Source: Candidatus Eiseniibacteriota bacterium (GTDB taxonomy: Bacteria > Eisenbacteria > RBG-16-71-46). From it: a DNA stretch of 64,000 nt. Under the pieces are notes generated by a model, which made no database searches, was not told the DNA's origin, and saw only the letters and a program-made list of their open reading frames with translations. The DNA is taken from assembly GCA_963717935.1 (NCBI GenBank), contig CAVQXP010000004.1, positions 1,696,001 through 1,760,000 of the forward strand, written 5' to 3'. Shown here one piece after another: positions 1 through 7,487 of this stretch (its first letter is position 1; each line of letters begins with the position of its first letter). Both the position numbers and the translations under genes were made by a program.

Positions 1-585
1 AGCGGGTCTTCCGACTGGAGCGGGTGAGCCGCAATCCGGCGGTCTTCAACCTCGAGAAGCTCGAGTGGCTGAACGGGCAGCACCTGAAGCGCCTGTCCGA
101 TGACGAGCGCACGGAGCTGATCACGGGTTTCCTCGCCGCGCGCGGCCACGACCTGTCGCGACACCCGGCCGCGTGGTGGACGGCGCTGGTGCGCACGCTC
201 GGTGACCGGCTGCAGGACCCTGGCCGACGCGGAGACCGTCGGAGCCTTCGCGCTGCGCGACGCGCTGGAGACGGAGCCCGCGGCCTGGGCCGAGTTGCTG
301 GAGAAGCCGGCGGTGGGCCCGAGGCTCGAACAGTTGGCGGCGGTCCTCGAGGCCGACCGCGAGTTCAGCCTCGAGAGCCTCGAACGCGCGACGCGGGGCC
401 TAGCGGCCGCGCAGGGCGTCAAGCCCGGCGAGCTCATGGCCGCCGCGCGCGTGGCCCTGACGGGACGCAGGACCGCCCCCGGCCTGTTCGAGGTGATGGG
501 GTTGCTGGGGCGGGCGCGAGCGGTGGGGAGGTTGCGGGACGCGGCCGTGCGCTGGAGCGCGGAGTCGGCCCGGGCCCGCGACTGA
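1..585 (+). CDS. gltX: Glutamate--tRNA ligase, C-terminal part (5'-truncated by window; one apparent frameshift near 205-220)
   Basis: Frame 24 gives 'SRNPAVFNLEKLEWLNGQHLK'. Frame 202 gives the anticodon-binding domain end 'KPGELMAAARVALTGRRTAPGLFEVMGLLG'. Followed directly by tRNA-Gln and tRNA-Glu. Confidence 0.9.
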
Positions 586-606
586 GCGCTCAGGGCCCGG
601 GCCGCC

Positions 607-636
607 TTGTCCGGGGTGGCGGTCTTGGGTTACCTT
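607..636 (+). promoter_or_regulatory. Candidate sigma70 promoter for tRNA-Gln
   Basis: TTGTCC (607-612), 18 nt, TACCTT (631-636), about 20 nt upstream of the tRNA. Confidence 0.5.
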
Positions 637-656
637 CCCTGCCGCATCGAATCGAT

Positions 657-730
657 TGCCCGGTGGTGTAACGGTAGCACGACTGGCTCTGGACCAGTTA
701 GTCGAGGTTCGAATCCTTGCCGGGCAGCCA
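657..730 (+). tRNA. tRNA-Gln (anticodon CTG)
   Basis: Cloverleaf TGCCCGG...CCGGGCA-G-CCA; anticodon arm ACTGG-CTCTGGA-CCAGT; T-loop GGTTCGAATCC; encoded CCA. Confidence 0.97.
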
Positions 731-744
731 GCCTCAACGTGAGT

Positions 745-779
745 ACGACGGGCGCGCCGGTCGCGCGCCCGCGTCGTTT
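745..779 (+). terminator. Probable intrinsic terminator after tRNA-Gln
   Basis: Stem CGGGCGCGC/GCGCGCCCG followed by a short T run. Confidence 0.45.
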
Positions 780-811
780 GAGGGCTTCGGGCCCGCGGTG
801 GATGCCGTCGC

Positions 812-841
812 TTGACGGTCCTCGTCTTCGGCGGATAGATT
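812..841 (+). promoter_or_regulatory. Candidate sigma70 promoter for tRNA-Glu
   Basis: TTGACG (812-817), 18 nt, TAGATT (836-841), 15 nt before the tRNA. Confidence 0.65.
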
Positions 842-856
842 CCCGCCCGCTTCCGT

Positions 857-932
857 GGCGCTATCGTCTAGGGGTCTAGGACAGGTGGTTCTCAGCCATC
901 AGACCGGGGTTCGAATCCCCGTAGCGCTACCA
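857..932 (+). tRNA. tRNA-Glu (anticodon CTC)
   Basis: GGCGCTA...TAGCGCT-A-CCA acceptor stem; anticodon arm GGTGG-TTCTCAG-CCATC; GGTTCGAATCC T-loop. Confidence 0.97.
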
Positions 933-948
933 GCTTCGTGAACGCCCG

Positions 949-974
949 CCCGCGGAGATCCCTCCGCGGGTTTC
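949..974 (+). terminator. Probable intrinsic terminator after tRNA-Glu
   Basis: CCCGCGGAG...CTCCGCGGG stem followed by TTTCGT. Confidence 0.55.
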
Positions 975-1006
975 GTGTCGGGCGGCGCCGGCGCGTCCGG
1001 GCTTTC

Positions 1007-1050
1007 CCGGGGAGTGGTGGGCCGGACGCGACCGGCCCACCACTCCCCGG
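1007..1050. repeat. Perfect 19-bp inverted repeat abutting the rsgA stop (terminator or 3' stabiliser)
   Basis: CCGGGGAGTGGTGGGCCGG, loop ACGCGA, CCGGCCCACCACTCCCCGG. Confidence 0.75.
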
Positions 1051-2139
1051 CTACCGCCAGCGGTCCGCCTTCGGGTGGCGTCTGATCGAGCGGGCGATCA
1101 GCTTCCACCGGGTCTCCTCCTCGGCCCGCGCGCGCGGGTCCTGCCGCGCCTCGAGCCGGCGCAGCTCGCGGCCGAGCTTGCGCCAGCTCTCGAGCCGCGC
1201 CGGCTCGAGAGCGCCGCGCTCGACCGCGGCGCGCACGGCGCAGCCCGGCTCGTCCGCGTGGGCGCAGTCGCGGAAGCGGCAGTCCGCCGCCAGCGCCACC
1301 ACGTCCGGGAAGGCCCCGGCGAGCCCGCCGTCGTCGCCCCACAACTGCAGCTCGCGCAGGCCGGGCGTGTCGAGCAGCAGTCCGCCGCCCGGCAGGAGCA
1401 CCAGCTCGCGCCGCGTGGTCACGTGGCGTCCGCGCGAGTCGTCTTCGCGCACCGCGCCGGTCGCCTGGCGGGCCTCGCCCAGCAGCGCGTTGACGAGCGT
1501 GCTCTTGCCCACGCCCGAGGAGCCGAGCAGGGCCACCGTGCGGCCGGGCCCGAGCCACGGCGCGAGCGCGGCGAGCCCGTCCCCGGTGAGCGCCGACAGC
1601 GCCAGCACGGGCACGCCCATCCCCACCCGCTCGACCTCCGCGAGCCGCGCCGCGAGGTCGCCGGCGAGGTCCGCCTTGTTGAGCACGATCACCGGGCTCG
1701 CGCCGCTCTCCCAGGCGGCGGCCAGGTAGCGCTCGATGCGCCGCAGGTTGAAGTCGCCATCCAGCCCGGAGACGAGCAGCACGGTGTCCACGTTGGCGGC
1801 GACCACCTGTTCCTCGGTGATCTCGCCGGCAGATTTGCGCAGGAAGGCGCTGGCGCGGGGCAGGACCGCGACGATCACCGCCGTCGCCGCGGCGCCGGCG
1901 CGCGCCGCGACCCAGTCGCCCACGGCGGGCAGGTCGGAGCGGCGGCGCGCCTCGTGGCGCAGGCGGCCGGCCAGCACGGCGGGACACTCGCGCCGCCCGT
2001 CCAGCAGCAGGTAGCGGCCCCGGTCCTCGCGTGCGACGCGGGCGGGCACGAGGCCCCGCTCGCGGAAGGGGTGGAAAGCGTCCTCGAGGGTCTGGTTCCA
2101 ACCGAGATGTCGAAGCGGCATGGCGGCGCTACCTTTCAC
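1051..2139 (-). CDS. rsgA: Ribosome small subunit-dependent GTPase A (start may be ATG 2121)
   Basis: Circularly permuted GTPase motifs NKAD, GSSGVGKST, GRHVTT, DTPG; Zn finger CRFRDCAHADEPGC; N-terminal OB fold PAVGDWV. Confidence 0.95.
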   Translation of the reverse strand: MKGSAAMPLRHLGWNQTLEDAFHPFRERGLVPARVAREDRGRYLLLDGRRECPAVLAGRLRHEARRRSDLPAVGDWVAARAGAAATAVIVAVLPRASAFLRKSAGEITEEQVVAANVDTVLLVSGLDGDFNLRRIERYLAAAWESGASPVIVLNKADLAGDLAARLAEVERVGMGVPVLALSALTGDGLAALAPWLGPGRTVALLGSSGVGKSTLVNALLGEARQATGAVREDDSRGRHVTTRRELVLLPGGGLLLDTPGLRELQLWGDDGGLAGAFPDVVALAADCRFRDCAHADEPGCAVRAAVERGALEPARLESWRKLGRELRRLEARQDPRARAEEETRWKLIARSIRRHPKADRWR

Positions 2140-2216
2140 GCAGGGTCACTCGATGCGGGCGCGCCGGGGGCGGCCCGGGGACGATGCGGTCGGTGTGCGT
2201 CGCGCGGGACGGCGGG

Positions 2217-2248
2217 AAAAGCGAAACGCCGCTCCTTCCGGAGCGGCG
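2217..2248 (-). terminator. Intrinsic terminator in the rsgA 5' leader (attenuator)
   Basis: Minus strand: CGCCGCTCC-GGAA-GGAGCGGCG-TTTCGCTTTT, located between a short leader ORF and rsgA. Confidence 0.75.
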
Positions 2249-2267
2249 CGGGCGCGGACTGGACGCT

Positions 2268-2324
2268 CTAGGCGCGGCGGTGGAAGGCGCGTGACGCACG
2301 GGCATCGAGGACCACGGCTGCCAT
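2268..2324 (-). CDS. Putative 18-aa leader peptide MAAVVLDARASRAFHRRA
   Basis: ATG with AAGGAG Shine-Dalgarno 6 nt upstream; TAG stop 19 nt before the terminator stem. Confidence 0.6.
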   Translation of the reverse strand: MAAVVLDARASRAFHRRA

Positions 2325-2378
2325 GTCTCGCTCCTTCCCCTTCCCGGTCGCCCGCCCCCTGCGGAGCGCCGTGAGGAG

Positions 2379-2407
2379 AGGTTCCCCCAGGGTCGGGTGG
2401 CTGTCAA
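2379..2407 (-). promoter_or_regulatory. Candidate promoter for the leader-rsgA transcript
   Basis: Minus strand TTGACA (2407-2402), 17 nt, GAACCT (weak -10 retaining A-11 and T-7). Confidence 0.45.
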
Positions 2408-2557
2408 GGACGGGCTTCGCGGGTGGTGGTGGGGCCGCCACCAGGCCACCCGCCGCGCTCCGCCCGGTGCCGGCGGCCGGCGGGGCGCCCGCGCTGGTGA
2501 GGCGCCTCGCACATGCGGTAACGTGCCGCGGCTGGCCACGTTCCGCCGGAGGATTCG

Positions 2558-3460
2558 ATGGGTGAGGGTCTGTGGAGCGGCAGGGAGGGTGGCGGCCCGG
2601 TCCTCGTGACCGGGGCGCTGGGCTTCGTGGCGTCGCGGCTCATCCCGCGGCTCCTCGAGCGCGGGGCGCAGGTGGCGGCTCTGGTGCGCCCCGGCCGCGA
2701 CGCTTCGTGGCTCGCCTCGCTCGGTGTCGAGGCGCGGCGCGCGGACCTCGACGATCCCGCCATCGGGGCGGAGGTCTTCGCCGGCGCCGGAGCCGTGGTG
2801 CACCTCGCCGGGCTCGCCCTGGTGCCGCGCTTCCTCGGCGCGGTCGAGCAGGCGGGCGTGCCGTGCGGGGTCTTCGTGAGCTCGGCCGGCGTCTACACGC
2901 GACTCGTGAGCCCGGGCGCCGACGCCAAGCGGGCGGGGGAGGCCCGGCTGCGCGCCGCGGCACTCGAGGCGACGATCCTGCGGCCGAGCATGATCTACGG
3001 CCGCCCGGGGGACCGGAACCTGGAGCGCCTGCTGCGCTGGCTCGCGCGGGTCCCGGTGGTGCCGCTGCCGGGTGGCGGCCGCGTGCTGCAGCAGCCCGTT
3101 CACGTGGACGACCTGGTGAGCGCGATCGTGGCGTCCCTCGAGCGCCCTGCCGCGCGCCGGAGCGAGTATGACGTGGGCGGTCCCGAGGCGCTCTCGTTGC
3201 GCGCGCTGATCGAGCAGAGCGCGCAGGCCCTCGGCCGGCGCGCTCTGCTGGTCCCGCTGCCCCTGCGTCCGGTCCACGGGCTGGTGCGCGTCCTGCGCCG
3301 GATCGGACTCCCGGTGCCGATCCGGCCCGAGCAACTGCTGCGGCTCGAGGAATCGAAGGCCGTGGACATCACGCCGGCGCGGCGCGACCTGGACTTCGCC
3401 CCCCGGTCCTTCGCGGAGGGAATCAGGACGGAGGCCGCGATGCTCGCCGGACGGCGGTGA
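2558..3460 (+). CDS. NAD-dependent epimerase/dehydratase (extended or atypical SDR)
   Basis: VLVTGALGFVA Rossmann motif, VVHLAG, FVSSAG, ILRPSMIYG, QPVHVDDL. Confidence 0.85.
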   Translation: MGEGLWSGREGGGPVLVTGALGFVASRLIPRLLERGAQVAALVRPGRDASWLASLGVEARRADLDDPAIGAEVFAGAGAVVHLAGLALVPRFLGAVEQAGVPCGVFVSSAGVYTRLVSPGADAKRAGEARLRAAALEATILRPSMIYGRPGDRNLERLLRWLARVPVVPLPGGGRVLQQPVHVDDLVSAIVASLERPAARRSEYDVGGPEALSLRALIEQSAQALGRRALLVPLPLRPVHGLVRVLRRIGLPVPIRPEQLLRLEESKAVDITPARRDLDFAPRSFAEGIRTEAAMLAGRR

Positions 3461-3573
3461 CGGGCGCGGCGGCGGCGGCAGCGCCCGCCCGTACGCGGGT
3501 GGCTTCGTGCGAAGTGCAATCCCTGTTGCAGATTGCGGCCCGCGGGTCGGCTAACGCATTACAGCCACTTTAC

Positions 3574-3603
3574 TTGACACTCCTTCCCGGCGGCCCATAG
3601 AAT
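3574..3603 (+). promoter_or_regulatory. Strong sigma70-type promoter of the polysaccharide locus
   Basis: TTGACA (3574-3579), 18 nt, TAGAAT (3598-3603) in an AT-richer patch. Confidence 0.75.
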
Positions 3604-3867
3604 GCTTCTGTTCGGGGTGCGCGCGCGGGCGCTGTCGACCGTGCGCGCCGGGTATCTGTTGCAGCGCCTCAAACCGCTCGTCCCGAGTGGCCGCGGGGGC
3701 GGGTTCGGAGGCCGTAGGATCGCGTACCCGGACCTGCATCGGATCCAGACCTGCACAGCCATCCCTGACCGCCGCGTGCCCGGCGCCCCTTGCCGAAGCC
3801 CCTCCTTCCGGGTCCACGTCGGGCGGAGCCCCGGTCCGCATCGGTCGCTCGCCGCAGGATTGAGCCC

Positions 3868-6534
3868 ATGAACCTGAAGAAGACGCCGCGCTTCGTGATC
3901 CTCACGCTGGGCTACACGCTGCTCCTGCAGCTGGCCTTCGCGGGGGCGTTGTTGCTGCGCTTCGAGGGCGCCGTGCCCGCCGTCTTCTGGCGCGGCTACC
4001 TGCTGGCCGCACCCTGGTTCACCGGGCTCTCGCTGGTCGGCTTCTACGTGGCCGGCCTCTATCACGGGTTGTGGCGCTACGCCAGCACGGTGACGCTCTT
4101 CCAGATCGTGAAGGGGGTCACGCTCTCGGCCCTTTCGCTCGTGGTCATCAGCCTCTTCTCCTACGACCTGCTCTTCCCGCGCAGCCTCATCGTGCTCGTC
4201 TGGCTGTGGGAGATCGTGCTCATGGGCAGCGTGCGGTTCGCCTGGCGGCTCTCTCGCGAGCGCCTGCTGGGGCCGGTGCCGCTGCGGGCCGGTCGGGCGG
4301 TCGTCGTGGGCGCGGGACACGCGGGCGTGCACCTGATCACCGAGATGCGCCGCGGGCCCGCGGGCAACGAGGTCCTGCAGGCCGTGGGCTTCATCGACGA
4401 CGATTCGCGCCTTACCGGTCACCTGATCGAGGGTGTGAAGGTGCTCGGCAGCATCGCCGACCTGCCGCGTGTGATCCAGGAGCAGCGGGTGGAGATCGTG
4501 ATCGTCTCGGATCCGAATCTGCCGGCGAAGGTGGTGCGGGAGATCGCGCGCTTCTGCGTCGAGGCGCACGTCCGCGTGAAGACGCTGTCCGGGCTTTCCG
4601 ACCTGCAACACGGCCGCTCGGCGCTCTCCCAGATGCGCGACGTGAGCATCGAGGACCTGCTGGGGCGCCAGCCCGTGCACCTGCACCTGACCGAGGTGGC
4701 CGAGTTCCTGCACGGCCAGCGCGTGCTCGTGACCGGTGCGGGTGGCTCGATCGGATCCGAGCTGGCGCGCCAGGTGGCGAGCTTCGGCCCGGCCTGCCTG
4801 ATCCTGCTGGACCACGCGGAGAACGGGCTCTATTACGTCCACAACGAACTGGTCGCCCAGTTCCCGTCGCTGCCGATGCACGCCCTGGTCGCCGACGTCC
4901 GCGACAACGAGGCGGTCGAACAGGCCTACACGAAGTTCCGGCCCACGGTGGTGTTCCATGCCGCGGCGCACAAGCACGTCCCGCTGCTCGAGGCCAACCC
5001 GCGCGAGGCGGTGCTCAACAACGTGGTGGGCACGCGCAACCTGCTGGACGCCGCCGAGCGGCACTGGGTGAGCAAGTTCGTGCTCATCTCCACCGACAAG
5101 GCGGTGAACCCCACCAGCGTGATGGGCGCGACCAAACGGGTCTGCGAGATGATGATGCAGAGCCGCTCCCACCGCAGCCACACGCGTTTCGCGGCCGTGC
5201 GCTTCGGCAACGTGCTGGGCAGCGAGGGCTCGGTGGTCCCGCTCTTCCAGCGGCAGATCCAGCGTGGCGGGCCGCTGACCGTGACCCACCCCGAGGCGCG
5301 TCGCTTCTTCATGACCATTCCCGAAGCGGTGCGTCTGGTGCTGCAGGCCGGGGCCATGGGGCGCGGAGGCGAGGTGTTCCTGCTGGACATGGGCGAGCAG
5401 GTGCGGATCGACGATCTGGCGCGGCAGCTCATCCGCATGGCGGGGCTGCGCGAGGGCGAGGACATCGAGATCGTCTACACGGGACTGCGCCCGGGCGAGA
5501 AACTCTACGAGGAGCTGCACTCGGACGCCGAGCGCATGCGCATCACCCGCCACGAGCGCATCATGGTCTGGGACCTGGACGCCCCGCCGGAGTCCGAACT
5601 GCTCGAGGACGTGGACGAGCTGGAAACACGCGCCCGGGCCGGGGACGCCGACGGGATGCGCGTGCAGTTGCAGCGCATCGTGCCCGAGTACCGGGAGCCG
5701 ACCCCCGAGAGCCTGGCCACGCCGCAGGAGGATTCCGATCTGGTGGAGCTGCCGGCCGTGGCGCTGGACGGCCCCGAGGCTGGACCGTTGCACGCTCCGG
5801 AGCGGGTGCGGCGGACGCTCGACGTGCTGGCGGCGCTCGGGTTCATCGCGCTCACCGTGCCGGCCTGGGCGCTGGCCTGGCTCGAGGCCCGGCGTGCGGG
5901 CGAGCGCGACCCGTTCCGCCATCTCGAGTGCGTGGGCCGCAACCGCCGCTGGCAGCGGCGGCGCTCGGCTCGCGTCGCGTCGCCCATCGACCGTCGCAGC
6001 GGCGAGCGTCGCACGCAGGACCTGTTCGGCGCCCCCCTGGCCTGCGCCCATTTTCGCGACGACCTCGGGCCGGTCGGTTGCTGGCTGGCGCGCCGCGGTC
6101 TCGACCGTCTCCCGCTGCTCCTCAACGTGCTGCGCGGCGAGATGGCGCTGGTGGGCCCGCGCCCCGAGACCCAGGACTCCGTGCTGCGCTGGCAGTCCCT
6201 TTCGCCGGAGTTCGCGCGCCGCTTCTCGGTGCTGCCCGGGGTGACCGGGCTCGCCCAGCTTTCCGGCTGCCCGGACGGGGATCCCGAGGGCATGGCCTGC
6301 CGCATCCAATACGACCTGTACTATGTCGACCATCGCTCGCTGCTGCTCGACATCCGCATGCTGTTCCGCACGGCTCGCGTGGTCTTCGGCCAGCCGGGCG
6401 GGGCCGCGGCGCGGCTCCGCGATGCCGCGGGGGCCGCAGGGGGCCGTCCGGGCCGTCCGGCGCGGCCGGAAGCAGAGGGGACCACCACGATCGCCGCGTC
6501 CACGCCGACCGCAGTCAAAGGAGTGACACGATGA
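3868..6534 (+). CDS. CapD/PglF/WbpM-type membrane UDP-sugar 4,6-dehydratase fused to a C-terminal degenerate phosphoglycosyl transferase domain
   Basis: Four N-terminal TM segments; VVVGAG CoA-binding-like domain; TGAGGSIGSEL, FHAAAHKHVP, ISTDKAVNPTSVMGATKR, VRFGNVLGSEGSV, GLRPGEKLYEEL; C-terminal NVLRGEMALVGPRP...PGVTGLAQ...DLYY. The start at ATG 3868 follows AGGA. Confidence 0.9.
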   Translation: MNLKKTPRFVILTLGYTLLLQLAFAGALLLRFEGAVPAVFWRGYLLAAPWFTGLSLVGFYVAGLYHGLWRYASTVTLFQIVKGVTLSALSLVVISLFSYDLLFPRSLIVLVWLWEIVLMGSVRFAWRLSRERLLGPVPLRAGRAVVVGAGHAGVHLITEMRRGPAGNEVLQAVGFIDDDSRLTGHLIEGVKVLGSIADLPRVIQEQRVEIVIVSDPNLPAKVVREIARFCVEAHVRVKTLSGLSDLQHGRSALSQMRDVSIEDLLGRQPVHLHLTEVAEFLHGQRVLVTGAGGSIGSELARQVASFGPACLILLDHAENGLYYVHNELVAQFPSLPMHALVADVRDNEAVEQAYTKFRPTVVFHAAAHKHVPLLEANPREAVLNNVVGTRNLLDAAERHWVSKFVLISTDKAVNPTSVMGATKRVCEMMMQSRSHRSHTRFAAVRFGNVLGSEGSVVPLFQRQIQRGGPLTVTHPEARRFFMTIPEAVRLVLQAGAMGRGGEVFLLDMGEQVRIDDLARQLIRMAGLREGEDIEIVYTGLRPGEKLYEELHSDAERMRITRHERIMVWDLDAPPESELLEDVDELETRARAGDADGMRVQLQRIVPEYREPTPESLATPQEDSDLVELPAVALDGPEAGPLHAPERVRRTLDVLAALGFIALTVPAWALAWLEARRAGERDPFRHLECVGRNRRWQRRRSARVASPIDRRSGERRTQDLFGAPLACAHFRDDLGPVGCWLARRGLDRLPLLLNVLRGEMALVGPRPETQDSVLRWQSLSPEFARRFSVLPGVTGLAQLSGCPDGDPEGMACRIQYDLYYVDHRSLLLDIRMLFRTARVVFGQPGGAAARLRDAAGAAGGRPGRPARPEAEGTTTIAASTPTAVKGVTR

Positions 6535-7487
6535 AACGAGCCTGTCCGGCAGTGCTGGGAGTGGTCTTCGCACTGGTGATCTCGCTGGCCGCGGGGTCGG
6601 CGCGTGGCGAGGAATATACGATCGGCGCCGAGGACGTCCTGCAGGTCTCGGTCTGGATGCACCCCGAACTGGAACGGGCGGTCACGGTGGGCGCGGACGG
6701 CAGCATCACGTTCCCCCCGGTCGGCGACCTCAAGGCCGGGGGCCAGACCCCGAACCAGCTGGCCACGCGCGTCGCGGACCGGTTGTCGAGCTACCTGCGC
6801 CAGACCGCCACGGTGACGGTGACCGTCACGCAGTACATGAGCCAGAGCGTGTTCGTCTCGGGCGGCGTGGCCAGGCCAGGACGCTACGGCTTCGAGCGGC
6901 TGCCGGGCGTGATCGACGTCATCAGCCAGGCGGGGGGGGCGATCGCCGGGGCGGACCTCTCCCGGGTGCAGGTCATCCGGCGCGAGGGCGATCTGCGGCG
7001 CCCGCAGACGGTGGACGTGGCCCGCGCGCTGCGCGAGGGCACCGACGCGGGGCTGCCGGCGCTCAAGCCGGGGGATACCGTCGTGGTCCCGGTGGAGTCT
7101 GCGCCGGGGGTCACGGCCGGAGGCGACGCGGTCGGCGTGCTGGGCGAGGTGGCCCGGCCGGGTCTCTACCCGGTCGGCGCGGGCCAGGACCTGTGGATGG
7201 TGCTGGCCGCGGCGGGCGGGCTCACCTTGCAGGGCAACCTGGGGGACGTTCGCGTCGTGCGCCCGAAGGACTCCGGCACATCGGTCTTCGGCGTGAACCT
7301 CAAGGACCAGCTGGCGCACGGCGCGCGCGACCCGTTCGTGGTCCACTCCGGCGACGTGATCTTCGTCACCGGTCGCGGCGCCTGGGGCAGCACCTGGGCC
7401 GCGCTGACGCAGTTGCTCTCGATCTCGCGCGACCTCGTCAACGTCGTCGTGCTCGCCGACTACCTCCAGCACAGGAACAACAACTGA
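6531..7487 (+). CDS. wza: Polysaccharide export protein (Wza/OPX family, SLBB domains)
   Basis: Signal peptide, then EYTIGAEDVLQVSVW...DGSITFPPVGDL (Poly_export) and two SLBB repeats (VSGGVARPGRY, VLGEVARPGLY); AAGGAG RBS. Confidence 0.85.
   Translation: MKRACPAVLGVVFALVISLAAGSARGEEYTIGAEDVLQVSVWMHPELERAVTVGADGSITFPPVGDLKAGGQTPNQLATRVADRLSSYLRQTATVTVTVTQYMSQSVFVSGGVARPGRYGFERLPGVIDVISQAGGAIAGADLSRVQVIRREGDLRRPQTVDVARALREGTDAGLPALKPGDTVVVPVESAPGVTAGGDAVGVLGEVARPGLYPVGAGQDLWMVLAAAGGLTLQGNLGDVRVVRPKDSGTSVFGVNLKDQLAHGARDPFVVHSGDVIFVTGRGAWGSTWAALTQLLSISRDLVNVVVLADYLQHRNNN

Noticed and set aside
3559..6573. Very long antisense and alternate-frame ORFs (e.g. 1004 aa here, 1240 aa at 22447-26169, 1076 aa at 28484-31714)
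   Set aside because: Shadow ORFs expected at very high GC. They are Arg/Ala/Pro/Gly-rich, lack motifs and overlap well-supported genes.
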